A stretch of DNA of 64,000 nucleotides from Deltaproteobacteria bacterium (GCA_029881655.1 JAOUME010000001.1:2351-66350), one strand, 5' to 3'. Counted from the first letter of the stretch, positions 28,936-40,198 are shown. The notes: a model not told the origin generated them from the sequence alone. Translations and numbers: made by a program.

Positions 28936-30148
28936 AACGGAATTAATAACTTATTACCGCCATAACAAGGCCTTTCCTTTTAAACTCCCTGCCAACAAGC
29001 AAAACCTTTCCCTGGCCTTGGAGCTGGTCCGGATTTTCGAGAGTTCAAGAAACAAACATCGCTACGAGATCGACGCAGAAATAAAGAAATTATCCGGTGC
29101 CAAAACCAACTCAAAAGTCATCATGGGGTTAGCAAAAATCCTGACCCAGCACTCCACTTTCTCAAGTTGGGCAACTGAGGACCCCTTTATCTTAAGAGAA
29201 AGAATATTTTCTGCGGCAGCTGAATACTGGAAGAGACAATCACAGCCAAAAAAGGATTTCCGTGAGCATAAAAACAGTATTCTAAGTGGCTTGGGATATC
29301 ATCAACCAAAGATCATACGGCAAACCGATTCCTGGCTTTATGGGGATATCGCCGACAACCAGGTCTTAGATGAGTTTGATTCATTAACTCCGTTGGAACT
29401 AATTGATCGATACAACATCGAGCAGGTCAGAGGCACCCTTATCAACGCCACCTCCCTCGAACTAAACATTACGGTCGATCAGGAAGCAACCTTCCGTCAG
29501 GTCTTGAGAATGCTTAAATTTTTTGGTTTGATGTTTCAAGTCACCTCTCACCAAGGCAGAAAATTAATCATTCAAATCGATGGTACAGCCTCAATTTTGG
29601 AGAACAGCAAAGCCTACGGGATCGAAATCGCCAATTTGTTCCCCGCAATCTTGCTTTTAAAAAAAAGCTGGACAATGACCGCCAACATCAGCCGGCTCCA
29701 ACAAAAAAAACACTTTATTCTCGAGATTTCTAGTGAAAATGATTATAAGACCTATTATCGTTCACAGGGAATTTGGCATCAAGAGGTCCTTTTGCGCCTG
29801 ATAGAGCGGTTTAATGAGAAATACTCCAATGCGCAGGCAATCATCGAAAAAAAGGTCGTTCCATTAAAGAGAAACAGGTACCTTTTACCTGATATTATCT
29901 TGAAAAAAAATCCTGGTAAGGAGATTTTTGTTGAATGGTTGCCCTATCTTTCCAGCTTTAAACTTCAATGGTTAAAAAGTGTCTTTGCCGAATTGCCTGA
30001 GAACTATTACTTTGTGGTAAAAGGGAAAAAAGATGCCTTGGTTAAATTACCGGAAGCCTGCCGAGAGCGGCTTTTCACCTACAGGAAAGATTTAACAGCT
30101 CCCTTATTAATGAGAGTTTTACTTCAAAATAAAACCCCATCCAATTAA
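28925..30148 (+). CDS. Hypothetical protein (407 aa), possibly a PD-(D/E)xK-like nuclease. Unassigned.
   Basis: It overlaps the upstream gene by 11 nt. An IQIDGT...ILENSK segment is reminiscent of a D...ExK motif. The call is speculative. Confidence 0.3.
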   Translation: MLSKTELITYYRHNKAFPFKLPANKQNLSLALELVRIFESSRNKHRYEIDAEIKKLSGAKTNSKVIMGLAKILTQHSTFSSWATEDPFILRERIFSAAAEYWKRQSQPKKDFREHKNSILSGLGYHQPKIIRQTDSWLYGDIADNQVLDEFDSLTPLELIDRYNIEQVRGTLINATSLELNITVDQEATFRQVLRMLKFFGLMFQVTSHQGRKLIIQIDGTASILENSKAYGIEIANLFPAILLLKKSWTMTANISRLQQKKHFILEISSENDYKTYYRSQGIWHQEVLLRLIERFNEKYSNAQAIIEKKVVPLKRNRYLLPDIILKKNPGKEIFVEWLPYLSSFKLQWLKSVFAELPENYYFVVKGKKDALVKLPEACRERLFTYRKDLTAPLLMRVLLQNKTPSN

Positions 30149-30156
30149 ATATAATA

Positions 30157-31011
30157 ATGGCGATCATAAATCACACAATTTTAAAATGGGACGGACACAC
30201 CCACTCCGAGTTTTGCAAACATGGCAAGGCTGATAAAACCGAGGAAATGATAAAAAGAGCTATTGATCTCGGTTTTGAAAAATACAGTGTCACCGAACAC
30301 GCTCCTTTGCCAGAGGGCGCCGTTTTGGACCAGCAACTAGTAGAGGAGTATGCTTTGGATCATCGGGAGCTTCAAAGCTATTTTGAGCATGTAGGGGCTT
30401 TAAAAGAAAAATACAAAAAACAGATTCAAATTCTCTGTGGATTGGAGGTCGATTATCTCCTGGGTTGGGAAGACTATACCCGGGATTTGCTGGAAAAAAA
30501 CAGGCAACAGCTCGATGAATGTATCTTGTCTCTTCACTTTTTAACGGGAAATGGAGGCCTTCGTTGCGTCGACTGGAACCCTGAGGACTTACAAGATGGG
30601 TTGATCAAATATTACGGCTCAATTCAAAAAACCCACCTTGCCTACTGGAATACCTTGCAAAAGATGCTAACGGTCGATTTCAACTTTGACAAGAATATCC
30701 GGATCGGGCATATGGGCCTGATCAACATTTTCCAGAAACATTTTTCCTATAATTTAACTCCCGAATTATTGGCTCCTATTTTCGAAAAAACATTCCAGCT
30801 TATTCACACTAAGAACTATCAGGTGGATTACAACGTCAGTGGTAAAAGAAAATCTTACTGTAAGGAAGTCTACGTATCTGACGCCATGTTGCTTTTGTGC
30901 GAAAAATATAATATACCTGTCATCTATGGATCGGACGCTCACGCCATTGAACAAGTCGGAATGGATTATTCCTATTATGAAAAAACATTCGCAGCCCAAC
31001 TTGAAACATGA
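30157..31011 (+). CDS. PHP-family phosphoesterase (histidinol-phosphatase HisJ/K-like).
   Basis: N-terminal DGHTHSEFCKHG metal-binding motif, TEHAPL and the C-terminal SDAHA motif. Confidence 0.6.
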   Translation: MAIINHTILKWDGHTHSEFCKHGKADKTEEMIKRAIDLGFEKYSVTEHAPLPEGAVLDQQLVEEYALDHRELQSYFEHVGALKEKYKKQIQILCGLEVDYLLGWEDYTRDLLEKNRQQLDECILSLHFLTGNGGLRCVDWNPEDLQDGLIKYYGSIQKTHLAYWNTLQKMLTVDFNFDKNIRIGHMGLINIFQKHFSYNLTPELLAPIFEKTFQLIHTKNYQVDYNVSGKRKSYCKEVYVSDAMLLLCEKYNIPVIYGSDAHAIEQVGMDYSYYEKTFAAQLET

Positions 31012-31895
31012 TCTCGAAACCACCTGATTTAAATATTAAAAACATTCTCGAGTACAAAATCGAATATCTAAGATTTATCTGTGCAATCTTCATCCTTATC
31101 GCTCTGATAAGCCAGGGTAATTTTGATCCAACACCGGCTAATCTTTACTGGCCCTCAGATGGAGTTGAAAATTGGTTAAACCTGCCGGGAGCTCTTTTTG
31201 CCGGCGTTTTTTTCGATTACTTCGGTTGGATTTCAATTCTGATTTCTTTTTTAATGCTTTTTACCCAACAGCAAACCAAGATGAACTTTGGGTTCCTGAC
31301 GGTAAAACATCTTTTTGTAGTAATATTCACCTCCATGATGATTGCCTTTTTATTCCCAACCGATAACAGCTTCATAATTCCCCTCACCGGATTTATTGGT
31401 TACATGGCCAATCTGCTTTCAACCAGCACCACTTTAAGGATTATGGGGATTGTAATTTTATCTTTATCCCTGTTCTCGACTCTTAAAAATTACCGTTTCG
31501 ACCCTCTTTTTTTTTATTTGTTGGTCATTTTAGGAGGCTTCGCGCTCAAAACGTCAAAAGAGATGGCGGTCCAATCAGTTCTGCTAATAAAACAAACCGA
31601 TGAGATAACACGAACCTTTTTTTATGACTTAAGTAGAAGTTTTTCCCCAAAAGACCCCAAATCAAATAAAGGCTATCCCTCCAGTGAATCCTTTGTTAAT
31701 CAAAAGTTGGAACCGGCTCAAGTAGTGAAACAAATATTATTTTGGCCCCTTACCCTCTACAGGTCCTCTGCACAAAAAAGAGAGCAGGTCAAATCAGCTA
31801 AATTTAAAAGAAAAGGGTTTGAAAACGAAAGCGGTGACCAAAACTTAATCCAGCAGGCTTTAAAGGAGTACGAAAAAAACAACATCGGTAATTAG
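31008..31895 (+). CDS. Integral membrane protein, hypothetical.
   Basis: Multiple TM helices. A 4-nt overlap with the PHP gene. Confidence 0.4.
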   Translation: MISKPPDLNIKNILEYKIEYLRFICAIFILIALISQGNFDPTPANLYWPSDGVENWLNLPGALFAGVFFDYFGWISILISFLMLFTQQQTKMNFGFLTVKHLFVVIFTSMMIAFLFPTDNSFIIPLTGFIGYMANLLSTSTTLRIMGIVILSLSLFSTLKNYRFDPLFFYLLVILGGFALKTSKEMAVQSVLLIKQTDEITRTFFYDLSRSFSPKDPKSNKGYPSSESFVNQKLEPAQVVKQILFWPLTLYRSSAQKREQVKSAKFKRKGFENESGDQNLIQQALKEYEKNNIGN

Positions 31896-32201
31896 TTGTT
31901 TATTTTGTTTTTTTGATATTTTAATTGACTTTGTTTTTGATAAAAATCGTTTTTTCAATTAAGATGTTGACTTATTTAAGTAAATTTAAATACTATAGTG
32001 AAACTTCTAGTTAGATGACAACTCACCTCAATTTCGTCATCTTTTGATATTGCTGCATTTACAAGTCTATAAAATCCCGTTCTGTTTTTGAAAAAGATTT
32101 TATTTCAAAATAAAACAGCATATTAACATTAATCTATATTTAGTACTCCAACCTGCAGCAACTTATATAATCTCAAAGACAACCCCCAAAATATCATTCA
32201 A

Positions 32202-33509
32202 ATGGAAAAAAGAATACAGATGAAAGCTAAAACCGTTCCCAACACTGAGAAAAACAAAGCGGGTTCTCTAATTTTAACCGATATCAAGCGGATGAACATC
32301 AAGGACCTTGAAGAACTTGGAAAAGAGTACAATATCGAAAACGCGACCAGTATGCTCAGGCAAGATCTTATTTTTGCATTGCTTAACGCTCAAACTGCAA
32401 GAGGGGGTGCAATTTTCAGCCAAGGAGTGTTGGAGACACTGCCCGATGGTTTCGGTTTTTTGAGATCCCAGGATTTCAGTTACGTACCTGGCCCGGATGA
32501 TATTTACGTTTCTCCCTCGCAGATCCGCCGTTTTAACCTTAGAACAGGAGACACGATCGAGGGGCAAGTACGGCCACCAAAAGATAATGAAAGATACTAC
32601 GCCTTATTGAAAGTTGAGAAACTCAATTTTGAACAACCCGATCAGGCGAAGGACAAGACCCTTTTTGACAACCTGACGCCTCTTTATCCCAATTGCATGA
32701 TGAAACTTGAGCGCAAGGACAAGGACAAGACTACCCGCATCATTGATATGTTCTGCCCCATTGGCAAGGGCCAAAGAGGATTGATCGTCGCGCCGCCCAG
32801 AGCCGGCAAGACCATGATCCTTCAGACTATCGCCAACAGCCTTACCGAAAACCATCCCGATATTAAGCTAATTGTCTTATTGATCGATGAAAGGCCCGAA
32901 GAAGTAACCGATATGAAGCGATCTGTAAAAGGTGAGGTCATTAGCTCCACATTTGACGAGCCCGCCACAAGACACGTTCAGGTTGCTGAAATGGTTATCG
33001 AAAAAGCAAAAAGACTGGTTGAGCATAAGCAGGATGTTGTTATCCTTTTGGACTCCATAACAAGATTGGCAAGAGCCTATAACACCGTCATCCCGCCCAG
33101 CGGAAAGATCCTTTCTGGTGGAGTTGACGCAAACGCCTTGCACAAGCCCAAACGCTTTTTCGGAGCGGCCAGAAATATCGAGGGTGGCGGGTCCCTGACT
33201 ATTTTGGCGACCGCTCTGATTGAAACCGGCAGTCGGATGGATGAAGTCATTTTCGAAGAATTCAAGGGAACTGGCAACATGGAGTTGATCCTGGATAGAA
33301 AACTGGTGGAAAAAAGAATCTTCCCTTCCATCGAAATCGAAAAATCGGCAACCCGAAAAGAGGAGTTGCTTCTTGATAACCTGAGTGAAGTATGGAAACT
33401 CAGACGGGTTCTTTCGGCTTCTAATAGCCAAGAGTCCTTGGAGTTTTTACTTGACAAACTAACTAAATATCCGACTAATTTAGAACTGTTAAAAATGGTC
33501 AACAATTGA
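32202..33509 (+). CDS. rho: Transcription termination factor Rho.
   Basis: The N-terminal RNA-binding region ([28 protein letters not shown]), Walker A (APPRAGKT) and the Rho helicase core. Confidence 0.9.
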   Translation: MEKRIQMKAKTVPNTEKNKAGSLILTDIKRMNIKDLEELGKEYNIENATSMLRQDLIFALLNAQTARGGAIFSQGVLETLPDGFGFLRSQDFSYVPGPDDIYVSPSQIRRFNLRTGDTIEGQVRPPKDNERYYALLKVEKLNFEQPDQAKDKTLFDNLTPLYPNCMMKLERKDKDKTTRIIDMFCPIGKGQRGLIVAPPRAGKTMILQTIANSLTENHPDIKLIVLLIDERPEEVTDMKRSVKGEVISSTFDEPATRHVQVAEMVIEKAKRLVEHKQDVVILLDSITRLARAYNTVIPPSGKILSGGVDANALHKPKRFFGAARNIEGGGSLTILATALIETGSRMDEVIFEEFKGTGNMELILDRKLVEKRIFPSIEIEKSATRKEELLLDNLSEVWKLRRVLSASNSQESLEFLLDKLTKYPTNLELLKMVNN

Positions 33510-33557
33510 TCAAGATTTATCATTAATTCTTTGATAACTGCGATTTACAAAAAACAT

Positions 33558-33767
33558 ATGAAAGCTGAAATACATCCACAATACACCGAAACAAAATTTC
33601 ACTGCGCCTGCGGAGCGGATTTTGAAATCGGCTCAACGATGTCTGGAGAAATTAAACTGGAAATCTGTTCTAACTGCCACCCCCTTTTTACAGGAAAAGA
33701 AAAACTGGTCGATACAGAGGGAAGGATTGAAAGATTTAAGAAAAAATATCAAAAGGCAACCCCTTAA
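33558..33767 (+). CDS. rpmE: 50S ribosomal protein L31.
   Basis: MKAEIHPQY...CxxC...C..CHPLFTGK, the typical zinc-binding L31. Confidence 0.85.
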   Translation: MKAEIHPQYTETKFHCACGADFEIGSTMSGEIKLEICSNCHPLFTGKEKLVDTEGRIERFKKKYQKATP

Positions 33768-33835
33768 TTTTTAAGTAGTATTTAAAACAACGAGCCCCTC
33801 CTTTAGACTCCCTGGCATGGCAGTCCGTTAACGGT

Positions 33836-34936
33836 TTGTCTCAACGATTGAAAATTATGTTGGAAAAGCTGGCGAGTATAGCCGATCGATATCAAGAACT
33901 CACCGATGCCTTGTCCCAACCGCAGGTCACTGAGGACTTAAATCGTTTTCGTGATCTTTCAAGGGAGCAGTCCAAACTTCAACCCCTGGTTGAGCTATTC
34001 GAAGAACTGCGCCAACAGCAAAAAGAACTCGACGAAAATATATTGATATCCAAAGACACAAGCGAAGACCCTGAAATCAGGGATATGGCAAAAGCCGAAA
34101 TTCCAGCGTTAAAGGAGTCCATCTCCCAACTAGAAGAAAACGCGAGAATACTTCTGCTGCCTAAAAATCCGGACGATGAAAAAAGTATTATTCTTGAGAT
34201 CCGAGCTGGTACCGGGGGCGATGAGGCTGCGCTTTTTGTCGCTGATCTCTACCGGATGTATAGTCGCTTTGCGGAACAAAACCGCTGGAAAGTCGAGGTT
34301 ATCGAATCCCACGCTACTGGTATCGGTGGGTTTAAGGAGATTTCGGTCTCCATTGAAGGCAAGGACGTTTACGGTCAACTGAAGTTCGAAGCCGGGACGC
34401 ACCGCGTCCAAAGAGTCCCATCCACTGAGACCCAAGGCAGAGTTCATACCTCGGCTGTAACGGTTGCGGTACTGCCGGAAGCCGACGATATTGAAATAGA
34501 AATCAACCCGGCCGACTTGAGGGTTGATACATACCGTGCTCAGGGAGCTGGTGGCCAGCACGTCAATACCACCGACTCAGCCATTCGCATTACCCATGTC
34601 CCAACGGGAATCGTTGTCTCTTGCCAGGAAGAGCGTTCCCAGCATAAAAATCGATCTAAAGCCCTAAAACATCTCAAAGCGAAACTTTACGAAGTACAAC
34701 TTCAACAAACGATGGACGATGAAGCCAAGCTAAGAAAGAGTATGGTGGGATCGGGGGACAGAAGCGAACGAATCCGCACCTACAATTACCCACAAGGCCG
34801 AATCACCGATCACCGTATCGGGCTGACGGTGTATCGCCTTGAGGAGATTATGGGAACTGGAGAAATCAAAGAGATCGTCGAATCTCTTATCACCAGCCAC
34901 CAAGCCAACCTTCTCAAAACCGCGATTACTCACTAA
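33836..34936 (+). CDS. prfA: Peptide chain release factor 1.
   Basis: The GGQ motif (GAGGQHVNTTDSA), the RF1-specific PxT (VPSTETQG) and SGDRSERIRTYN. The true start may be at the internal Met at 33857. Confidence 0.85.
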   Translation: MSQRLKIMLEKLASIADRYQELTDALSQPQVTEDLNRFRDLSREQSKLQPLVELFEELRQQQKELDENILISKDTSEDPEIRDMAKAEIPALKESISQLEENARILLLPKNPDDEKSIILEIRAGTGGDEAALFVADLYRMYSRFAEQNRWKVEVIESHATGIGGFKEISVSIEGKDVYGQLKFEAGTHRVQRVPSTETQGRVHTSAVTVAVLPEADDIEIEINPADLRVDTYRAQGAGGQHVNTTDSAIRITHVPTGIVVSCQEERSQHKNRSKALKHLKAKLYEVQLQQTMDDEAKLRKSMVGSGDRSERIRTYNYPQGRITDHRIGLTVYRLEEIMGTGEIKEIVESLITSHQANLLKTAITH

Positions 34937-35021
34937 ACTTGGACAAACCTCGGATTAAATTGCTTTGTTTCCCAAGAAACCTTGCACAAAATAATCAATT
35001 TCAATAAGAAAGGTGCCGTTT

Positions 35022-35774
35022 TTAAGCGGTCAGATAAGACCTCATCAGAGAACGCAACATTGCGATCGCCTTGGTACGGAGTTGAGAAGCCCTGGATTCG
35101 GTTATATCAAGTACTTCACCGATTTCCCTTAAATTAAGCTCCTCGTTGTAGTACAGTGATAGTACCAACTTTTCCTTTTCTGGCAGTTTTTCAATAGCAT
35201 CAATCATCAGTTGATTGGTTTCTTTTTCCACCAAGCTATCGAGCTGACTTGAGTCTTCTTCACAAGCTATCGTTTCTAAAACTTCCATGTGGTCATCACC
35301 GGAAATCTTATTTCCCATCTCTTCCAAAGATAAAAGAGGAATCGGCTTAGCCTTACTTAAAAAGACAGGTAATTCCTTCGGTTTGACCTCCAGCTCCTTG
35401 GCCAGTTGTTGATCGTTTGGATGGTCGATATTCTTTGAACGCAGTTTAGTATAAGCGTTTTCGAGTTTATGGGAATTATCTCTAACCGACCTTGGAATCC
35501 AATCCTTTCGTCTTAAATCATCCAGCATAGCCCCCTTAACCCTAAACTCGGCATAGGTCTTAAACTTAACGCCTTTATTCTCGTCAAATTTATCCATCGC
35601 TTCCAAGAGTCCGATCATCCCTGACTGAATCAGGTCATCCACCTGAAATTCGGAGGGCAGTCTGGCTGCTAGCCGATTGGCGATGAACTTGACCATCGGA
35701 GCGTATTCCAAGACCACATCCTCTTTGCTTGCCTTGGTTTTCTCAAGATAGGGATTATGTTTTAACGCCTGCAT
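35022..35774 (-). CDS. fliA: Flagellar RNA polymerase sigma factor (sigma-28).
   Basis: Sigma-70 regions 2 and 4 are present. It lies immediately downstream of flhF-flhG. Confidence 0.75.
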   Translation of the reverse strand: MQALKHNPYLEKTKASKEDVVLEYAPMVKFIANRLAARLPSEFQVDDLIQSGMIGLLEAMDKFDENKGVKFKTYAEFRVKGAMLDDLRRKDWIPRSVRDNSHKLENAYTKLRSKNIDHPNDQQLAKELEVKPKELPVFLSKAKPIPLLSLEEMGNKISGDDHMEVLETIACEEDSSQLDSLVEKETNQLMIDAIEKLPEKEKLVLSLYYNEELNLREIGEVLDITESRASQLRTKAIAMLRSLMRSYLTA

Positions 35775-35869
35775 GGCTAATTTTAATTAATTATTTCCGG
35801 TAATTAAATTTTAAGAATCTCGCGTTCCGCCAGAATTTCCCTGCTATTATAAAGCAAGAGCTATGCCTT

Positions 35870-36754
35870 TTAATTTTTTTTCCACTTTGCCAGTTTCTGC
35901 CAAAATCCCCCTTTGAGCCCTTCATCAAAAAAAGGCAATCCAGGATTGGCGTCAATATGTTTGGCAATAAGACCGAAGGCTTTGGTCGTAGCGGAGTTGG
36001 GCATTAAAAGACTTAAGGGCTTCTGATTCTTTACGGCTTTGGTGAAGTTGGGGTCTCTGGGAATAAATCCCATGAAGATCAAATGGATGGGTAGGAATTG
36101 ATTGAAAACGGTGGAGAGTCTCTGGTAAACTTCCTGTGCCTCTTTTAAAGTTGATTGATTAACGATCAGGTTGAATCTTTTTATCTGATATTTGGTGGCC
36201 ATGATTTTCATGAGCGCATAAGCGTCAGTCATGGCGGTCGGTTCCGAGTTGGTAACCACGCAAATCTCATCGGCAGCGGCGTTAAAACGAAGGACACTTG
36301 ATGCGATACCCGCTCCCGTGTCGATCAGGATATAGTCGTATTTTGTTTTAAGCCCGCTTAATTCCTTTAGCATACTCATCTGCTGGTTGGAGTTCAACTC
36401 TGTCATCTCCACCACTCCCGATGACGCGGGGACAATGTGTACCCCCATCGGGCCTTCAACGATAATATCGTTGATATTCTTCTTGCCGGACAAAACATCC
36501 TCGATCGTATAGGCCGGTGTCAGATTTAGCATGATATCGATATTAGCAAGTCCCAGGTCCGCGTCCAACAAAAAGACCTTCTTACCCATGCGGGAAAGTT
36601 GCATCGCCAAATTGACAACAATATTGGTCTTCCCGACTCCGCCTTTGCCGCTCGTAAAACTCAGAGATCTAACACCGTACTGGCCTTGATCGGTCTTGCG
36701 CTCCGAAATAACGTTGAATTTCTCTCTTAACGAGGCAGCTTGGTCCTTTTTCAT
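35870..36754 (-). CDS. flhG: MinD/ParA-type ATPase FlhG (YlxH). Flagellar number regulator.
   Basis: Deviant Walker A GKGGVGKT, the MinD-like fold and the position between flhF and fliA. Confidence 0.7.
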   Translation of the reverse strand: MKKDQAASLREKFNVISERKTDQGQYGVRSLSFTSGKGGVGKTNIVVNLAMQLSRMGKKVFLLDADLGLANIDIMLNLTPAYTIEDVLSGKKNINDIIVEGPMGVHIVPASSGVVEMTELNSNQQMSMLKELSGLKTKYDYILIDTGAGIASSVLRFNAAADEICVVTNSEPTAMTDAYALMKIMATKYQIKRFNLIVNQSTLKEAQEVYQRLSTVFNQFLPIHLIFMGFIPRDPNFTKAVKNQKPLSLLMPNSATTKAFGLIAKHIDANPGLPFFDEGLKGGFWQKLAKWKKN

Positions 36755-36887
36755 TGATTTAAAGTTTGATCCTCTTAAAATACGGATAATAGGCTATTAA
36801 AGCAGGAGGCCCAGAGCTGCCACCTGAAATAAGGTCGATCATGACTGCCAATCGGTGATGCTGACGCTTTCATGCTAAAATAATGAA

Positions 36888-38192
36888 TCAACTCGCCTCG
36901 TTCATCTCACCTGAAATGTTCATCAATAAATCGATCAAACGCTCCCTCGTTGCGTCTTCAATATCCTCGGGAACATTCTGACCAGTGGTCAGATATGTCA
37001 ATGGGAGTTTAAAGCGGATAGAATGATTAAAAATACTCCCATAACTCGTAGACTCATCCAGCTTGGTAAAAAGAATCCCTCCAAGTTTAAAGGTACTGAA
37101 ACGTTTTGTGATCTCGACCAGGTCACTATCCTTGGTCGTGGAGCTTAAGACCAATAGGTTGGTGAAATCATCAAAATTCTTTATAAGTTTTCTCAGGTCA
37201 GCCATCTGCGTTTCATCTCGCTGGGAGCGGCCCGCGCTGTCGATCAGAATCAGGTCCATGTCCTTAAAGCCCTCTAATGCGTCAACCAATTGCTTCTGGT
37301 CGTTAACGACTCTAAAGGGTACCTTAATAATCCTCGCGTATTCCTGAAGTTGCTGCACTGCGGCGATCCTATAGGTATCAATAGTGATCAGCCCTATTTT
37401 TAAATCAGGATTTCCGATTTTTTCCTTACTGGCGATCTTAGCCAAACTGGTTGTTTTCCCGACACCGGTCGGTCCCAAAAAAGTCAAAATACGGGGCTTG
37501 TTCTTTTTTGTTTTTTTAGTTGGTTGATCATCTATTTGAAGCACCTGCATGAACATTCTTGCCACATAGACCTTCACATATGAAAAATTGTTCAATTCCT
37601 TTCGGGGTATCTTCTTGTTAACTTCCTCAATCAGCCTTTTAGCGAACTTATCTTCCACACCATTAAAACACAGCTGTTGGTACAAAGCGACCAGGTTCTC
37701 GTGCATGTCGTCTTGTTTCAACTCTCCCGACTGGTGGATCAAGGCGTTGATCATATTTTTGAGTTCCGAGACCTCATAGCGCAGATGAGAGACAGTCGCC
37801 TCGTCATTGACTTCTCGTCTCTGGTTTTTGCTTATATCCGAAACCAGTTCCTTGAGATCCAAGATATCCCCTTGGATATTTTCTAGTGATTTCTTTTCGA
37901 CGACCCCAGTTGGCTTATTTCTTATTTCAGGTGCTTTCATGGCGATCTGGTCTAGGTAATCTTTATCAGACTTGTCATCCTGAGTGATTTTGGCCAGGGT
38001 ATTTTTACTTGAGATATAAGTTTCGTCTCTTGCCGCGGTTACCTCCAAAACAAATTTACCAAACATCCCGAAAGTACCGCTGCCTTTTCTGACTTTTCTG
38101 GTGGAAATAATTACCGCTCCTGAGCCTAACTCTTCCTTGATCATCCGGATTGCGTGCTGCATATCATCAGCGTAATATTTTTTCACTTGCAT
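36888..38192 (-). CDS. flhF: Flagellar biosynthesis SRP-type GTPase FlhF.
   Basis: SRP-GTPase motifs (LGPTGVGKTTSLAKIA, DTYR, DSAG) and operon context. Confidence 0.75.
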   Translation of the reverse strand: MQVKKYYADDMQHAIRMIKEELGSGAVIISTRKVRKGSGTFGMFGKFVLEVTAARDETYISSKNTLAKITQDDKSDKDYLDQIAMKAPEIRNKPTGVVEKKSLENIQGDILDLKELVSDISKNQRREVNDEATVSHLRYEVSELKNMINALIHQSGELKQDDMHENLVALYQQLCFNGVEDKFAKRLIEEVNKKIPRKELNNFSYVKVYVARMFMQVLQIDDQPTKKTKKNKPRILTFLGPTGVGKTTSLAKIASKEKIGNPDLKIGLITIDTYRIAAVQQLQEYARIIKVPFRVVNDQKQLVDALEGFKDMDLILIDSAGRSQRDETQMADLRKLIKNFDDFTNLLVLSSTTKDSDLVEITKRFSTFKLGGILFTKLDESTSYGSIFNHSIRFKLPLTYLTTGQNVPEDIEDATRERLIDLLMNISGEMNEAS

Positions 38193-38593
38193 TGTATTGA
38201 TTTCATTTTAAATGAAAAAGTATTCTCCCCACTATCTGTGGAAAGCAGACCGTGAAATTTATCGGACTTTAAGATCAAATCCAATAAGAGATGTATAAGG
38301 AATATTCATGCCATAAAAACATTTAGGCTGCATCAAAGGGACTCTTTTATGAATTAAATAAATTCTTCTAATTTACTCGATTAGGTTTCATTTTTGTTTG
38401 GAAGTCAAAGAGATTTTTATTTAGGTGGTTTGATTCACTTTCAGCAAAGACATCTACCTGAAACAGAAATGGTTTACTCAGTAAAAACCCATGAAAGTAA
38501 AGCACTTAATGCCTTTACAACACCATTAAAAACAACATAACCAATAAGTAGAGACTTTCGCCTTTTTTAAACCCGAAGCCAATCTTTCATTTA

Positions 38594-40153
38594 ATGAGTC
38601 AAGTTAATTCACACCACAAGACAAATCTCTTTAAATCAATCGGAACCATAAGCTTGCTGACTTTTTTCAGCAGATTGTTGGGATTGGTAAGAGAAATCGT
38701 CAAGGCTCATTATCTCGGAACCAGCTTTTACAGCGATGCCTTTACCCTGGCTTTCAGTTTGCCGAACCTTTTCCGTAGACTCACTGCAGAAGGTGTCATG
38801 TCGAACGCCTTCATCCCTGTATTCTGTCAAATCAAAGAAGAAAATGGCAACTCAAGAGCCCTGGACTTCGCAAAAAATTTTTTCTGGTTCTCTAGCTTAA
38901 TCCTGCTCTTTTTTACGTTGATTTTTATTTTTTTGGCCCCTTGGCTGGTTAGATATATTTTCGCGTCTGGCTTTAGCGAATCAACACTCGAAATAACGGT
39001 TTTTCTGACCCAGTTGATGTTTTTTTATATAGTTTTCATTTCCTTGGCGGCGGTTTGCCAGGGAGTTTTAAATTCCTTTTCTTCATTTTGGGTTTCCGCT
39101 TTTGCGCCAGTACTTTTAAACCTCTGTATCGTCGGTTTTGCGGTATATTACTCACCTCGCCTTGAAAACCCTGCCACCGGATTTGCCATTGGAGTTCTCG
39201 TTGGGGGTTTTTTCCAACTCATATTCCAAATCCCTTTTTTAAAGAGATTTGGTTTCAATTTTTTTAAAAACCTACACCTTAGGGACCCTTATATAAAAAA
39301 TGTTCTCTTGCTCATGCTACCGGCTATTTTTGGTGTTGGGATCTATCAGGTCAATATCATCATCAGCAACTTGATAGCCACCACCTTAAAGGAAGGCTCG
39401 CTTTCTTCTCTTACCTTCAGCAACCGTTTGATGGAATTATTCATCGGCGTGATCGTCGTTTCTATTGCCACGGCATTATTGCCCCGATTTTCAAGTCTGG
39501 TCGCTCAAAACAAGACCGAGGAGGTAAAATCAAATCTGGCTGAATCGCTCAGCATCCTTGCATTCATTACCCTGCCTGTGATCATCGGCACCCTTATGAT
39601 CAGTGAAGAAGTGGTAACTTTATTGTTCCAGCGGGGTAATTTTGACGAAAATTCGATGATTATGACAGCTGGCGCTTTACGATATCATATAATTGGTTTA
39701 TTTTTTATTGCATGGAATCGGATATTGTTGACGGGGTACCAATCAGCCCAAAATATCAGAATAACCGTCCTAATTTCGTTTGTCGTCGTGTTCGTCAACC
39801 TAGTCTGTGCTTTCGTGTTAGCCGAGTATATGGGACATCTAGGAATCGCTTTCGCGAATTCAATTAGTCAAGTTGTACAAACCATTTTACTTTTCGTTTT
39901 TTTGAGAACCATCAAAATAAGAGGTTTTTACCGCATTCTGTTCAGGCTGAATTTTTTTAAGATCCTTTTAAATAGTTCCTTGACCTTTATACTGTTATGG
40001 TATCTAAAACACCTGATCACGCCTGCGGATTATCCCTACTGGATGGTTTTGTTGATCCTGTTTTTTGGGGGAAGTCTTTTTTATTTGAGTTTATCCATTA
40101 TTTCCAAAACTAAGGAACTGGTCGATCTGAAAAATATCATAAGCCGGGCATAA
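38594..40153 (+). CDS. murJ: Lipid II flippase MurJ (MviN).
   Basis: N-terminus LLTFFSRLLGLVREIVKAHYLGTSFYSDAF and about 14 TM helices. 519 aa. Confidence 0.85.
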   Translation: MSQVNSHHKTNLFKSIGTISLLTFFSRLLGLVREIVKAHYLGTSFYSDAFTLAFSLPNLFRRLTAEGVMSNAFIPVFCQIKEENGNSRALDFAKNFFWFSSLILLFFTLIFIFLAPWLVRYIFASGFSESTLEITVFLTQLMFFYIVFISLAAVCQGVLNSFSSFWVSAFAPVLLNLCIVGFAVYYSPRLENPATGFAIGVLVGGFFQLIFQIPFLKRFGFNFFKNLHLRDPYIKNVLLLMLPAIFGVGIYQVNIIISNLIATTLKEGSLSSLTFSNRLMELFIGVIVVSIATALLPRFSSLVAQNKTEEVKSNLAESLSILAFITLPVIIGTLMISEEVVTLLFQRGNFDENSMIMTAGALRYHIIGLFFIAWNRILLTGYQSAQNIRITVLISFVVVFVNLVCAFVLAEYMGHLGIAFANSISQVVQTILLFVFLRTIKIRGFYRILFRLNFFKILLNSSLTFILLWYLKHLITPADYPYWMVLLILFFGGSLFYLSLSIISKTKELVDLKNIISRA

Positions 40154-40198
40154 GGAGTCGTCTGTCATTTTTTTTATCATATAAGGTATAATTGACAT

